Of a DNA stretch of 64,000 nucleotides, positions 1 to 10,596 are shown in pieces. The stretch spans positions 1 to 64,000 of the forward strand of contig JBBQWR010000007.1 of assembly GCA_038210495.1 (NCBI GenBank). The letters run 5' to 3'. The stretch's first letter is position 1. Each line of letters begins with the position of its first letter. The stretch comes from Pirellulales bacterium (GTDB taxonomy: Bacteria > Planctomycetota > Planctomycetia > Pirellulales > DATAWG01). The position numbers were made by a program, and so were the translations under genes. Below the pieces are notes generated by a model, which was given only the letters and a program-made list of their open reading frames with translations, was not told the DNA's origin and did no database searches.

Positions 1-619
1 GTACGACAACAAGTTCGTGGTCAAGGGAGACGGCGTGACCACGGGCAAGCACGAACTGGAGCTGCGCAAGAAAGGCGCCGGGCCGCTGTACTATAACGCC
101 TATCTGACCTACTTCACGCTCGAAGACCACATCACCCGGGCCGGCCTGGAAGTGAAGGTCAACCGGCAGATCTACAAGCTCACGCGAGACGACAAGACGA
201 CCCAAGTCGCCGGCTCGCGGGGCCAGGTCATCGATCAGCGGGCCGAAAAGTATCGCCGCGCGGAGCTCAAGGACAACGACCTGCTCAAGAGCGGCGACTT
301 GGTCGAAGTGGAACTGGAGATCGACTCGAAGAACGACTACGAGTATCTGATCTTCGAGGACATGAAGGCCGCGGGATTCGAGGCGGTCGAAGTCCGCTCA
401 GGCTACGGCGGCAACGCCCTGGGGGCCTACATGGAGATGCACGACAACCGCACCAGCTTCTTCGTGAGAACGCTAGCCCGGGGCAAGCACAGCGTGGCCT
501 ATCGCCTGCGTGCGGAAATCCCCGGCCGCTACAGCGCCCTGCCGGCCAAAGGCTGGGCGATGTACGCCCCGGAATTGAAGGCCAACTCAGACGAGCTGAA
601 GCTGCGAATCGAGGATTGA
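1..619 (+). CDS. Alpha-2-macroglobulin family protein, C-terminal fragment; the ORF enters from upstream of the window
   Basis: The frame is open from base 2. The C-terminal ~200 aa ([23 protein letters not shown] end, [24 protein letters not shown]) resemble the A2M receptor-binding/C-terminal domain and parallel the C-terminal part of the 2887-aa A2M-like protein at 25249. Stop at 617-619. Confidence 0.5.
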   Translation, partial: YDNKFVVKGDGVTTGKHELELRKKGAGPLYYNAYLTYFTLEDHITRAGLEVKVNRQIYKLTRDDKTTQVAGSRGQVIDQRAEKYRRAELKDNDLLKSGDLVEVELEIDSKNDYEYLIFEDMKAAGFEAVEVRSGYGGNALGAYMEMHDNRTSFFVRTLARGKHSVAYRLRAEIPGRYSALPAKGWAMYAPELKANSDELKLRIED

Positions 620-673
620 CGGAACGTGGCGAGTGGCGAGTGAGGCTTCAGACTTGGACCACGCCTAAACGCC

Positions 674-704
<31 letters not shown>

Positions 705-777
705 GTGCAGCCTGTGAGCGCACATGAACAATCACTGCTGGGTAAGCCAGCAGTGGCACCCGATCCAGCAAGCAGCC

Positions 778-1797
778 ATGCCCTCCTCCATCGCTTTAGT
801 CACCGGCGCCAGCGGCTTCCTCGGCCGCTATGTCGTCGAGCAGCTTCTTGCGCGCGGCGACCGCGTTCGAGCTTACTGCCGCGCCGATAACGCCGACATT
901 CGCTCGCTAGGCGCCGAAATCTTCCTCGGCGACATCACCAATGCCGAACAAACGATCGCGGCCTGCGCGGGTGTCGATACCGTCTATCATGTCGCGGGCG
1001 TGGCCGGTCTGTGGGGCTCCTGGGAACACTTTCATTCCATTAATACCGTCGGCACGCGCTCGGTCATCGACGGTTGCCGGCGGCATGGTGTGCGGCGGTT
1101 GGTCTACACGAGCACTCCCAGCGTGACGTTCGATGGCCGCGACCAGTGCGGCGTCGACGAATCGGCGCCGTACGCCCGGCGCTGGCTCTGTCATTATCCG
1201 CATTCCAAAGCACTCGCCGAGCAACTTGTGCTGGCGGCCAACGGCAATGGGCTGTTTACTTGCGCGCTGAGGCCGCACTTGATCTGGGGCCCGGGCGATC
1301 GGCATCTGGTTCCACGGTTGATCGAACGGCAGCGGGCCGGCCAACTGCGGCGCGTCGGGGATGGCCGCAATCTGATCGACATGGTGTATGTCGAAAATGC
1401 CGCCGCCGCCCATTTGCAAGCGGCCGATGCACTAGGGCCCGAGTCAGCCGCATGTGGCAAGGCCTATTTCATCAGCCAAGGGGAGCCGGTTAACTGTTGG
1501 CGGTGGATCGGCGAACTGTTGGCGCTGGCTGGCTTGGGTCCGGTGCGCGGCTCAATACCGACTTCGGTTGCCTGGTCGATCGGCGCCGGCGTGGAAACGG
1601 TTCACAAAACGCTAGGCCTTCAATCCGAGCCCCGGATGACACGGTTTCTCGCGGCGCAGTTAGGACGAACGCATTATTTCAATATCAGCCGAGCCCGGGC
1701 CGACTTTGGTTATCGCCCGCGCGTTTCGACTATCGACGGGATGAAACAGTTAGGCGCGTCGTTTTCGCAGCATCAGAAGCCAAGCGGGGCCGAGTGA
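778..1797 (+). CDS. NAD-dependent epimerase/dehydratase (3-beta-hydroxysteroid dehydrogenase/isomerase family)
   Basis: N-terminal Rossmann motif VTGASGFLGRYVVEQLL directly after Met at 778. Later YxxxK-type region. The ORF track gives 724..1797, but the Met preceding the GxxGxxG motif is chosen as the start. Confidence 0.8.
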   Translation: MPSSIALVTGASGFLGRYVVEQLLARGDRVRAYCRADNADIRSLGAEIFLGDITNAEQTIAACAGVDTVYHVAGVAGLWGSWEHFHSINTVGTRSVIDGCRRHGVRRLVYTSTPSVTFDGRDQCGVDESAPYARRWLCHYPHSKALAEQLVLAANGNGLFTCALRPHLIWGPGDRHLVPRLIERQRAGQLRRVGDGRNLIDMVYVENAAAAHLQAADALGPESAACGKAYFISQGEPVNCWRWIGELLALAGLGPVRGSIPTSVAWSIGAGVETVHKTLGLQSEPRMTRFLAAQLGRTHYFNISRARADFGYRPRVSTIDGMKQLGASFSQHQKPSGAE

Positions 1798-1915
1798 CCT
1801 CGATATTGCGAGCTTTGCCTAGCATTCCAAGCCGCGCTCTGGTCCGGTAAAATGCCGTGCAGCTTACAACCGAAACGATCGGTGGGCCTCGCCCACCCTA
1901 CAGGGAAAGCAAGCG

Positions 1916-3421
1916 ATGTTCGAATCGATTCAGAATGGTTTGACCGGCGCCCTACGCACGCTGAGCGGCAAGGGCCGGCTGACCGAAGCCAATATGCGCG
2001 AGGGGCTGAAGCTGGTCGAGAACGCCCTGCTCGAAGCGGACGTCAGCTACCAGGTGGCCAAGGATTTCGTCGAAGCGGTTTCCGTGAAGGCGGTCGGCGA
2101 GACCGTGCTCAAATCGCTCAATCCCGGGCAGCAAGTTGTCGGCTTCGTCCATAGCGAACTGATCGACTTGATGGGGCCGGTGGACCATTCGCTGCATCTG
2201 AAGCCGGGCACGACCGTGCTCATGCTGTGCGGTTTGCAAGGCTCGGGCAAGACGACCACGTGCGGCAAGCTGGGGCGAATGATCAAGGAGCGCGCCGGCA
2301 AACCGATGCTCGTGGCGGCTGACCTCCAGCGCCCCGCGGCGATTCACCAGTTGCACGTGCTGGGGGAGCAGCTTGGAATTCCGGTGTATTCGGAGCCGGG
2401 CGCCACCAATCCGGTCGTGGTTTGTCAAAACGCGGTGAAGAAAGCCCGGGCCGAGGGGATCAGCGTCGTCATTCTCGACACGGCCGGCCGGCTGCACATC
2501 GATCAGGAATTGATGGAGCAACTCGAGCGGATCGACAAGCAGGTCAGTCCCGAGCAAGTGTATCTGGTCGTCGACGGCATGACCGGCCAGGACGCGGTCA
2601 ACAGCGCGAAAGCGTTCAACGAATCGATCACGCTCGACGGCGTCATCATGACGAAGCTCGATGGTGACTCGCGCGGCGGCGCGGCGCTGTCGGTCAAAGC
2701 AGTGACCGGCGTGCCGATCAAGTTCATCGGCACGGGCGAGCATCTCGATGCCTTGGAAGAATTCCATCCCGATCGCATGGCAGGGCGAATTCTCGGAATG
2801 GGCGACGTGCTCACGCTGGTCGAAAAGGCCCAGACGACGCTCGACCAGGATGAGATGGCGGCCCAGGAGGCCCGGCTCAAGAAGGGCGAATTTACGCTCG
2901 ACGATTTCCGCAACATGATGCGCCAAGCTCGTCGAATGGGGCCGCTCGGCAAGTTGATGGGCATGCTTCCCGGCATGGGCGCCATGAAGGATATGCTCGG
3001 AGACGCCGATCTCGAAGGGGACATGAACCGGCTGTTTGGGATCATCGATTCGATGACCGCCGACGAGCGCCGCAATCCCAGCCGCGTAGTCGATCAGAGC
3101 CGCAGGCGGCGGATCGCGGCCGGCGCCGGTGTCGAGCCCCACGAGGTGAATGACCTGGTCAAGCAATTCGACGGCATGGCGGCGATGATGAAGAGTTTTG
3201 CCGGAATGGGAATGCGCGATCGGATGAAGGCCATGCAGAGCTTGCAGGGGGGCATGGCGAATCCCGGCGCCATGCTGACCAAGGCCAAGCAGGGAACCGG
3301 CAAGCGACTGACGCCCGACGAAAAGCGGAAGCTGAAGAAGCAACGCGAGAAGGACCTCAAGCGGCGAAAGTTCGAGATTAAGCAGAAGAACGAATCCCCC
3401 GACCGCCGGAATCCGGGCTAG
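1916..3421 (+). CDS. ffh: Signal recognition particle protein Ffh, with a K/R-rich C-terminal extension
   Basis: N domain, G domain with [15 protein letters not shown]-loop and DTAGR motif, and a Met-rich M domain ([14 protein letters not shown]). The final ~60 aa are lysine/arginine rich ([22 protein letters not shown]). Confidence 0.95.
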   Translation: MFESIQNGLTGALRTLSGKGRLTEANMREGLKLVENALLEADVSYQVAKDFVEAVSVKAVGETVLKSLNPGQQVVGFVHSELIDLMGPVDHSLHLKPGTTVLMLCGLQGSGKTTTCGKLGRMIKERAGKPMLVAADLQRPAAIHQLHVLGEQLGIPVYSEPGATNPVVVCQNAVKKARAEGISVVILDTAGRLHIDQELMEQLERIDKQVSPEQVYLVVDGMTGQDAVNSAKAFNESITLDGVIMTKLDGDSRGGAALSVKAVTGVPIKFIGTGEHLDALEEFHPDRMAGRILGMGDVLTLVEKAQTTLDQDEMAAQEARLKKGEFTLDDFRNMMRQARRMGPLGKLMGMLPGMGAMKDMLGDADLEGDMNRLFGIIDSMTADERRNPSRVVDQSRRRRIAAGAGVEPHEVNDLVKQFDGMAAMMKSFAGMGMRDRMKAMQSLQGGMANPGAMLTKAKQGTGKRLTPDEKRKLKKQREKDLKRRKFEIKQKNESPDRRNPG

Positions 3422-3473
3422 GGCGAGCGAAGTCGAATGAACCGTCCGGTGTCGGCTGCCGCGGTCGACGTTA

Positions 3474-3556
3474 GAGCCGCGCACGAAGTAAGCGCGGTTG
3501 CACCGACTCGCTCGGCTGGCCCGTCACCCGCCATGTGCTTACTTCGTGCGCGGCTC
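3474..3556. terminator. Long hairpin: arms AGAGCCGCGCACGAAGTAAGCGCGG / GCTTACTTCGTGCGCGGCTCT with a ~37-nt loop, between ffh and rpsP
   Basis: Near-perfect ~22-bp inverted repeat read directly from the sequence. A second copy of the same arm sequence lies at 60129-60200. Confidence 0.5.
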
Positions 3557-3748
3557 TAGCGTCGCAAAAATTTCTCGATCGACCGCCGTTTTACCGGTCG
3601 CATTGCCGTGGCGAAATTTGTATAGTGTTAGTTTCGCCATTGGCGACAGCCATGAGTAGGGTGGGCACTGCCCGCATTTCTTGGCCGCTTCGGCGTGCAT
3701 TTTCGGTGGGCAATTCCCCCCTACATTGATTTTCAGGAGACGACGAGC

Positions 3749-4252
3749 GTGGCAGTCAGAATTCGCATGAAACGGATGGGACGCAAGCACCGGTCGTTTT
3801 TCCGGATTTGCGCAACGGATTCTCGCGCGCCGCGAGATGGGCGCGTGCTAGAGGAGTTGGGCACCTACGATCCTTCGATCCCGGAAACCGACGCCCGAAC
3901 GACGCTCAATGGCGACCGGCTGAAGTATTGGCTTGGCGTGGGAGCGCTTCCGTCGGAAAAAGTCGCCATCTTGATCAAGAAATACGGTCCCGAAGGGACC
4001 CACTTGCAGCAGCTCGAATCGGCCCGGCAAAAGCTTTCCGCGCCCAAATCGATTCCCGATCCGGGGGCGCCGACGTTCGTGATGCAGCCGAAAAAGACCA
4101 AGGCCGAAGAAGTCACGGCAGCTGCCGCCGCGCAGGCAGCTGCGGCCAGCGAGCCGGCGCCAGCCGCCGAAGCAGCTCCCGCCGCCGAACCCGCTGCGGC
4201 CCCAGTCGAACTGGCCACAGCCCCTGCCGAAGAGCCGCCGGCCCCGAGCTAA
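3749..4252 (+). CDS. rpsP: 30S ribosomal protein S16 with an Ala/Pro/Glu-rich C-terminal tail
   Basis: GTG start at 3749 preceded by AGGAGA 9 nt upstream. VAVRIRMKRMGRKHRSFFRICATDSRAPRDGR matches the S16 N-terminus (MAVKIRLARHGAKKRPFY...). The ORF-track Met at 3695 is upstream of the conserved N-terminus. Confidence 0.85.
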   Translation: MAVRIRMKRMGRKHRSFFRICATDSRAPRDGRVLEELGTYDPSIPETDARTTLNGDRLKYWLGVGALPSEKVAILIKKYGPEGTHLQQLESARQKLSAPKSIPDPGAPTFVMQPKKTKAEEVTAAAAAQAAAASEPAPAAEAAPAAEPAAAPVELATAPAEEPPAPS

Positions 4253-4391
4253 CGCAAGTTATGAGAACCCCTCTCCCCTGGGAGAAGGCAGGGTGAGGGC
4301 CGTGACGCTGTAACTTGGCTTGCCCTCACACCAACCCTCTCCCAAAGAGAGAGGGAGCCGATAACAACGAAATATTTTGGACTCCAGGACG

Positions 4392-5189
4392 ATGCGCTTC
4401 GATGTCCTCACGTTGTTCCCCGGTATGTTCCCGGGCTACTTGGGGCAAAGCCTGCTGAAGCTGGCGATCGAGCGGGGCTTGGTGGATGTGCGACTGCACA
4501 ACATCCGCGACTGGGCCAAAGGACGACATAAAGTAATGGACGATCGTCCCTACGGGGGCGGACCCGGCATGATCCTTAAGGTCGAGCCGGTGGTCGAATG
4601 CGTCGAAGCGATTCGGGCGGAAAGTGGCGATGAGTCAACGGGTGGCGATGAGTCAACGGGTGGCGATGTCTCAACGGGTGGCGATGATTCACCAGGTGGC
4701 GGCGGCTCAATCGGCCCGGGCCATCTGATCGTGCTCACGCCTCAGGGGCGCCGGCTGACGCAGCCGATCGTCGAAGAGTTAGCCGGGCACAAGCGATTGG
4801 TTTTGCTCTGTGGTCGGTACGAGGGATTTGACGATCGGGTGCGGCAAATTCTCGAGCCCGATGAATTGTCGATCGGCGATTTTATTTTGGGAGGTGGCGA
4901 GGTCGCGGCGATGGTGGTCATCGACGCGGTGATTCGCCTCCTGCCGGGAGTGTTGGGAGACGAGCAAAGCGCGGCGTGCGATTCGTTTTCCGGCGTCGAT
5001 CGATTATTGGAACACGCGCAATATACACGCCCTCGCGAGTACCGCGGCCTGACCGTGCCCGAGGTGCTGCTGGGGGGCAACCACGAGGAGATCGCCCGCT
5101 GGCGACAAGAGCAGAGCGAGCAAAAAACAGCCGCTCGAAGAGCAAACGACGAATGTCTAGTCAATGACGAATGCTCAAATGACGAATGA
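4392..5189 (+). CDS. trmD: tRNA (guanine37-N1)-methyltransferase TrmD with an internal Gly/Asp/Ser/Thr repeat insertion
   Basis: MRFDVLTLFPGMF...YGGGPGM...LLCGRYEGFDDR are TrmD hallmarks. The insertion GDESTGGDESTGGDVSTGGDDSPGGGG is encoded by a 21-bp tandem repeat at ~4624-4704. The stop codon lies inside a hairpin arm at 5181-5193. Confidence 0.9.
   Translation: MRFDVLTLFPGMFPGYLGQSLLKLAIERGLVDVRLHNIRDWAKGRHKVMDDRPYGGGPGMILKVEPVVECVEAIRAESGDESTGGDESTGGDVSTGGDDSPGGGGSIGPGHLIVLTPQGRRLTQPIVEELAGHKRLVLLCGRYEGFDDRVRQILEPDELSIGDFILGGGEVAAMVVIDAVIRLLPGVLGDEQSAACDSFSGVDRLLEHAQYTRPREYRGLTVPEVLLGGNHEEIARWRQEQSEQKTAARRANDECLVNDECSNDE
4624..4704 (+). repeat. 21-bp tandem repeat (~3.8 copies) inside trmD, encoding (GDxSTGG)n
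   Basis: ggcgatgagtcaacgggtggc repeated with point variants; read directly from the sequence. Confidence 0.8.
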
Positions 5190-5300
5190 CGAACACTCGC
5201 AACTTGAGGCCTTCGTCATTCGTGTTTCGCCTTTAGACATTGATTAGACCTTCGTTATTAGACATTACATATTTGACTTAGACATTGCGAATACGAACGA
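5141..5300. repeat. Intergenic block of TGACGAA(TG) heptamer-like repeats and TTAGACAT repeats, including hairpin 5181-5224
   Basis: gacgaatgtctagtcaatgacgaatgctcaaatgacgaatgacgaac... then cttcgtcattcgtg; ttagacat occurs 3 times. A closely related block lies at 35071-35285. Confidence 0.6.
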
Positions 5301-5317
5301 ATTCAAGGAATCATGCC

Positions 5318-5722
5318 ATGAGTCAGCAAATTCTTGCTTTGGTCGAAAAGAGCAGTCTGAAGGCCGAGCCGCCGAGGTTCGAAATCGGCGATACGGTCGA
5401 CGTCCACACGCGGATTCTGGAAGGCGAAAAAGAGCGAATCCAAATCTTCTCGGGCGTCGTCATTGCCCGCAGCGGCTCCGGCACGCGAGAGATGTTCACG
5501 GTCCGCCGGATCGTGCAGAGCGAAGGGGTCGAGCGCAAGTTCCCGCTCCACTCGCCCAAGATCGCCAAGGTCGAGGTCAAGCGGTCGGGCGTCGTTCGGC
5601 GAGCGAAGCTGTATTTCCTCCGCGATCGCATCGGCAAGGCTGTCCGGTTGCGCGAACGCCGCGGCGAAAATGTCGTCGAAGGTTTGGCCAGCGTCCCCAA
5701 GTCCGGCAAAAAGTCGAAGTAG
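5318..5722 (+). CDS. rplS: 50S ribosomal protein L19
   Basis: MSQQILALVEK...FEIGDTVDVHTRI...RRAKLYFLRDR is typical L19. AAGGA lies upstream of the ATG. Confidence 0.9.
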   Translation: MSQQILALVEKSSLKAEPPRFEIGDTVDVHTRILEGEKERIQIFSGVVIARSGSGTREMFTVRRIVQSEGVERKFPLHSPKIAKVEVKRSGVVRRAKLYFLRDRIGKAVRLRERRGENVVEGLASVPKSGKKSK

Positions 5723-5754
5723 CGGCGGCGGTCAACCCGCCTATTTCCTCCCCC

Positions 5755-6198
5755 ATGCGGCGTCGCTCCATGCGCCTGCTCGACAACCTACAGAGCGTCT
5801 GGCGCGACTGGTTCGGCCCGAAGACGCTCGGGCAGCAGGGCGAAGTCATCGCCGCCCGCTATCTGAAAAAGCTCGGCTATAAAATTATCGCCCGGGGCTC
5901 GCACGTCCATCGGGGCGAGATCGACGTCATCGTCGTCGACGTGCGGACTATCGTTTTTGTCGAGGTGAAAACGCGGCGGTCGCACGATCGCGGCCATCCC
6001 GCCGATGCTGTCGGCCGCGAAAAACAATATCGGCTAACTCGATTGGCCATGGTCTACCTGAAGCGAAACGGTCTACTCGAATGCCAAAGTCGCTTCGATG
6101 TCGTAGCCATCACCTGGCCGAAGACGCAACGCCGGCCGATAATCGAGCATTTCAAGAATGCATTCGAGCCCACGTCGCAGGGGCAGATGTTTTATTGA
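5755..6198 (+). CDS. YraN family endonuclease-like protein (UPF0102)
   Basis: GEIDVIVVDVRTIVFVEVKTRRS core motif. The position downstream of rplS matches the common trmD-rplS-(rnhB)-yraN neighbourhood. Confidence 0.7.
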   Translation: MRRRSMRLLDNLQSVWRDWFGPKTLGQQGEVIAARYLKKLGYKIIARGSHVHRGEIDVIVVDVRTIVFVEVKTRRSHDRGHPADAVGREKQYRLTRLAMVYLKRNGLLECQSRFDVVAITWPKTQRRPIIEHFKNAFEPTSQGQMFY

Positions 6199-6421
6199 CG
6201 GACTTCGGCGGCCGCCGAAAAACGACGCGCAGGGCGTGAGAATCGCCCGAAGCACACGACCAAAACGTTGCTATTTACCGAAACAAGTCCTAGAATTTTG
6301 GAGTGATCCATTCTTAGCGCCAGCGGCAGCTTGCGCGATTGCGAGCCTTTTTTGTTCGCACAACGACTTCGGCGGCCTTCCGTCCCCAGGTTGTCGCCGC
6401 CGATTTTCCGGAGCCGGCGCC

Positions 6422-6940
6422 ATGCAAGCAATCCATCTCAGCACAGCCATTGATCGAGGCAGCGAAGTCCAACGAGGCGAGTTGACGATCAACGCCGCCT
6501 TTCTCCAAGAGATCAAAGAAGATAACCGCGAGTTGCGTGAATTGCTCGCCGATTGCCTCGCGGCTTGCGAGCCGGCCGGCTGGCGGCGAACGATCGACCC
6601 GATGAAGCTCACCCGGCTGCTCGGCAAGCTGCGGGATCAACTGGGTATGCATTTCGCGCTCGAGGAAGCCTATGGCTATTTCGACGACGCCGTGTCGGTC
6701 GCCCCCCAGATCAGCCAACGAGCGCTCGAGCTTCGCCAGCAGCATCGCCCTTTGTTCGTGGAAATGTGCCAACTGGTGGACGAGACCGAGCAATTGCGCT
6801 ACCACGAACCCACGAGCGTTCACTGGCAGGATATCGCCGAGAACTTCTTCAATTTCCACGAGCGCTTCCGCCAGCACGAGGCGGCCGAAGACCAACTGAT
6901 CATGCAAATGATCAACGAAGAAATCGGCTGCGGCGACTAA
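6422..6940 (+). CDS. Hypothetical protein, possibly a hemerythrin-like HHE cation-binding domain
   Basis: Start chosen at MQAIHLS. H-x3-E and H...H...E spacing (HFALEEAYGYF; HWQDIAENFFNFHERFRQHEAAED). Assignment is weak. Confidence 0.45.
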   Translation: MQAIHLSTAIDRGSEVQRGELTINAAFLQEIKEDNRELRELLADCLAACEPAGWRRTIDPMKLTRLLGKLRDQLGMHFALEEAYGYFDDAVSVAPQISQRALELRQQHRPLFVEMCQLVDETEQLRYHEPTSVHWQDIAENFFNFHERFRQHEAAEDQLIMQMINEEIGCGD

Positions 6941-6952
6941 TGCCCCGTGGCG

Positions 6953-6980
6953 AGCGGGGAGCGTAAGCTCCCTGTCCCCG
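6953..6980. repeat. REP-like palindromic element GAGCGGGGAGCGTAAGCTCCCTGTCCCC (hairpin GGGAGC-GTAA-GCTCCC)
   Basis: Lies 13 nt after the stop codon. Other family members at 15039-15068, 19808-19835, 40705-40730 and 58953-58980. Confidence 0.6.
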
Positions 6981-7112
6981 ACGCAATCTCCTTCTCACGC
7001 GCATTCGTGTTCGAAGGTTCGCCGCAATCGTTTTCCGCCCGACTTCGGCGTCCATTCCCCTTGCCCTGGGCTAGTTTGTTGTGCCCCTTCGGGGCATAAG
7101 CAATGGCGAAAC

Positions 7113-8837
7113 CTACTTTACCGCCACCGGCAACCGATACACCGCATACGAAGGGTTCTCATATTCCGCCTTGGCATTCCATCGCGGCATGTCCGGCAAT
7201 TGTTGCACGATCGCATAGTGCGCACGATATTGACTCGCCAACTCGTTGAGGCGGGCCGGCGTCAATTGCCCCAGCGATTCGCGCCATAGCGTTGGCGGCA
7301 GATCGGGCGACAGACCGTGAATATCGCTCAGCCGCTGAGCCCATTGTTTGATGCTCGCCGCGTCCTGCGGGATGTCTTTCCAGTTCACCACTTCGGCGCG
7401 CTCGGCGTGCCAGCGGAGCGTCGCCGAGAGCCGCGGCGTGAAAAATACCGCGTCCGGCGGCGTGTTGTTTTTGATCCACTCGCATGCTTTCAGCCAATCG
7501 TCGTAATTCATATTTTTGTCCGACCGCGGCACAACCGGCGCGGCGTTGTTTGCAAGCAGCGAAATCGGCAGATGCTGCGTTTGAAAGCCCAAGTCGCCGA
7601 GAACGATCAGCGCGAGCCCTGCGACCCAATAGTGTGCGACGAGCAAGCCGGATTGTCGGGGGCCAATGCGGGCTTGCCCAGCAGCGCCGCCTGTAATCTC
7701 GCTTGACGAAGCACTGCTGGACAAGCCAGTCGTGGCGCCCCATCCTATTTGCGCGAGCCACCACAAGCCCACGAGCGACACGCCCATGGGAATCAGCACA
7801 TCGGTCATGCGGAACCAATAGAATCGCAACAGCGCCGCGGCAATGTCGGGCGACATGTACGACAATCCCACGAGCGCATATCCGGCCAACGTCAGGAGCA
7901 ACGAAGCGCTCGCGAACCATCGCAACCGTCGCTGGGCCGGATCGCTCGGCGCGGCGGTCACCATCGTGAGCCACAGCCCGCAAAGCAATAGATGCCGGCT
8001 GGGAAATCCTTCTCGGAATTTGTCGGCCGATAGATGATGCGGCAGTCGCTTCAGATAAACGTCATTCGCAAGCCGAACCGTCTCCGCATCGACTCCGCGG
8101 TTGAGCGAGAGCGCGAACCACAGCCCTGGCAAAGCCAGTAAGAATCCAGCTGCGAGTCCCGGCGCGATCTTGCGGAGCGGCGGACGAGCATCGCCTGCTC
8201 CGAGCCACGCCACGACCGCGGCCAGCGTCGACCAGCCGCCGACGATGACATGCAGCGAACTGGCCAAGCCGAGAAAGATCCACGCTCGGTTCCACCGCTC
8301 GCGCAGGATCGCTTCCAAAGCCAGAAACACCAGCGCATACGAAAAGCCCTTGGCTTCGATTCCCCCGATGACCCACTCGCCGGCCATGTGGGCATTTTCG
8401 TTAAGCAGAACAAACAAGCCGGCGGTCAACACGGCAAACCACGCTCTGGGTAGCACGACCCAGCTAAGCCGCCGCCAAGTCCAGGCCAGCAGGGCCCAAG
8501 TGACGAGCCGCCCCACCCAGGCCACTTGCTCGAGCGGGAGCCATTTGATCAGCCAGCCGAACGTCCAATAAAATACCTGATGGGCATCGGCCGTATTGAC
8601 GAAAAAGTCGTTCGCGCACCAAGCCGGATTCCAATAATGCTTGGCCTTGGACAAATAGTGACATTCGTTGACATCCGGCACGGGCCAGGCGCCGTGCAAC
8701 GCAAACACGCCAAAGATCAACACAACCTCGGCCGCGGCCAACCAAATCCGCCCGGCGGATGAGACTCGGGCCGGCTGCGAAGCGGAGAGAACGTCATTCA
8801 TGCGGGCGGCGCCGGTTTCGACCAGGAGATTGTGCAA
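7113..8837 (-). CDS. Large polytopic membrane protein, possibly a GT-C-fold glycosyltransferase (ArnT/PMT-like)
   Basis: ~12 predicted hydrophobic helices, an acidic first-loop motif (DVNECHY) and a ~170-aa C-terminal soluble domain. The start codon is uncertain; an internal Met at ~8801 is possible. Confidence 0.5.
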   Translation of the reverse strand: MHNLLVETGAARMNDVLSASQPARVSSAGRIWLAAAEVVLIFGVFALHGAWPVPDVNECHYLSKAKHYWNPAWCANDFFVNTADAHQVFYWTFGWLIKWLPLEQVAWVGRLVTWALLAWTWRRLSWVVLPRAWFAVLTAGLFVLLNENAHMAGEWVIGGIEAKGFSYALVFLALEAILRERWNRAWIFLGLASSLHVIVGGWSTLAAVVAWLGAGDARPPLRKIAPGLAAGFLLALPGLWFALSLNRGVDAETVRLANDVYLKRLPHHLSADKFREGFPSRHLLLCGLWLTMVTAAPSDPAQRRLRWFASASLLLTLAGYALVGLSYMSPDIAAALLRFYWFRMTDVLIPMGVSLVGLWWLAQIGWGATTGLSSSASSSEITGGAAGQARIGPRQSGLLVAHYWVAGLALIVLGDLGFQTQHLPISLLANNAAPVVPRSDKNMNYDDWLKACEWIKNNTPPDAVFFTPRLSATLRWHAERAEVVNWKDIPQDAASIKQWAQRLSDIHGLSPDLPPTLWRESLGQLTPARLNELASQYRAHYAIVQQLPDMPRWNAKAEYENPSYAVYRLPVAVK

Positions 8838-9162
8838 AATTGCTTAAGAAGTCCTCACAAAACCACCTCGGAGAAGGATACAATCCCAAGTCTTGCTCCG
8901 CGGACTGCGCCAAATGGGGACAGCTCTCGGCGGTTTTGCGAGCAGTTCTAATCGCTAGAGCCTAATCGAGCACCGCGTCAGTGAACAGGCCGACGATGCT
9001 TCCGCAATGGGGGCGATCTCTTGGCGCGAGTGTGTCGGTGTCGCGGGAATTATCGGGCCGTGTCTTGCACGCCCCGGCGCCAAAGCATCCAATGTCGCTC
9101 GGCCCTATGTTTGGGCAAGGCTATAATCGGATTCATCGCGTTGGGCCACCAGGAACTTCGGC

Positions 9163-10596
9163 TTGAAAAAGAGATTGCGATCCGGGTTGCTCGCTTTGGG
9201 ATTGGTTGTCGCCTGCTCGAATGCGGCCGGCGCGGCGGACGGAGAACGGCTGGATTTACCGATCTGGTCCGGCGGACCGTTTGTCCTGATGCTGTTGGGA
9301 ATCGCAGTTCTTCCCCTCGCGGCGCCGCATTTCTGGGAGCGGAATCGCAATAAGGCGATCTTCTCGGCTCTGATGGCTGCGCCTGTCGTTGTTGCCCTGT
9401 TGGCGCTGGGCGGAGGCGCCAAGTCACCGGCCAACATCTTCGAACGGCCGGGCGCCCAGGCGCTACTGCATGCATCGCAAGATTATCTGTCCTTCATTAT
9501 CCTGCTGGCTTCGCTGTACACGATCTCCGGCGGAATCGTGTTGTCCGGCGATATTCGAGCCAAGCCGCTGACGAACGTGCTGATTTTGGCGATCGGCGCC
9601 GCGCTGGCCAACGTCATTGGAACGACCGGGGCGAGCATGCTACTGATTCGGCCGCTGCTGCAAATCAACAGCGAGCGCCGTAACACGCGGCATTTGCCCG
9701 TGTTCTTCATCTATGTCGTCGGCAATCTCGGCGGACTGCTGACGCCGCTTGGCGACCCACCGCTGCTGCTCGGGTTTTTGCATGGAATCCGTTTTACATG
9801 GACGCTATCGCTCTGGCCTCATTGGCTTTTGGCGAATGGGATCGTGCTAACGATTTTTGCGATTTGGGACTCGATCGCTTATCGGCGCGAGAGCCCCGAG
9901 GCTATTCGCTTGGACAACATCCGGATCGAGCCGATTCGAGTAAGAGGACTTTTGAACGTGCCGCTGCTCGCCGGCATTCTGCTCGCCGTCGGTTTTCAAT
10001 CGGCCGAGTTGGCCGAAGGCGCGAGAGCTTGGGTTGGCCGGTTCGTGCCGTGTCCGAATTTAACGCTACGATTCCCTTGGGGCGACCTCGCGATGATCGC
10101 GATGGCCGGTTTATCGCTAGGTTTCACGCCGTCGGCGTTGCGGAAGTCCAATGCGTTTACGTGGAAGGCGATCGTCGAGGTGGCGGTCCTGTTCGCCGGC
10201 ATCTTCTTGACGATGGTTCCCGCGCTGGGCTGGATAGCGCAGCATGGCGACCGATTCGGCGTGACCAAACCGTGGCAATATTTTTGGCTGACCGGCGGCC
10301 TGTCGTCGGTTTTGGATAACGCGCCAACCTATTTGACGTTTGCCACGTTGGCGGCTGGCCCCCACGATTTTGCCTGGCTTATGACGAACAAGCCGTTGGT
10401 TCTAGCGGCGATCAGCACCGGGGCCGTGTTCATGGGAGCCGTTTCCTACATCGGCAACGGCCCCAATTTCATGGTCAAAGCGATTGCCGACGAGTCTGGT
10501 CTCAAAACACCGTCATTCTTTGGCTACTTGACGTATTCGGGACTCATTCTAATTCCGACGTTTATCGTCGTGACGCTCGTCTTCTTTGTGAAGTAA
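9163..10596 (+). CDS. Ion transporter of the ArsB/NhaD/CitMHS permease superfamily, with an N-terminal signal-like segment
   Basis: 477 aa with ~12 TM segments. Internal repeat with a GDPPLLLGF-type motif typical of NhaD/ArsB-like permeases. Confidence 0.6.
   Translation: MKKRLRSGLLALGLVVACSNAAGAADGERLDLPIWSGGPFVLMLLGIAVLPLAAPHFWERNRNKAIFSALMAAPVVVALLALGGGAKSPANIFERPGAQALLHASQDYLSFIILLASLYTISGGIVLSGDIRAKPLTNVLILAIGAALANVIGTTGASMLLIRPLLQINSERRNTRHLPVFFIYVVGNLGGLLTPLGDPPLLLGFLHGIRFTWTLSLWPHWLLANGIVLTIFAIWDSIAYRRESPEAIRLDNIRIEPIRVRGLLNVPLLAGILLAVGFQSAELAEGARAWVGRFVPCPNLTLRFPWGDLAMIAMAGLSLGFTPSALRKSNAFTWKAIVEVAVLFAGIFLTMVPALGWIAQHGDRFGVTKPWQYFWLTGGLSSVLDNAPTYLTFATLAAGPHDFAWLMTNKPLVLAAISTGAVFMGAVSYIGNGPNFMVKAIADESGLKTPSFFGYLTYSGLILIPTFIVVTLVFFVK

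Noticed and set aside
1952-3484. 510-aa minus-strand ORF
   Set aside because: It is entirely antisense to the well-supported ffh gene; a high-GC artefact.
6158-6421. Extended N-terminus of the 6422 gene (the ORF track starts at 6158, overlapping yraN)
   Set aside because: The 88 extra residues are Arg/Pro-rich and low-complexity, and they overlap the yraN 3' end. The Met at 6422 is preferred.
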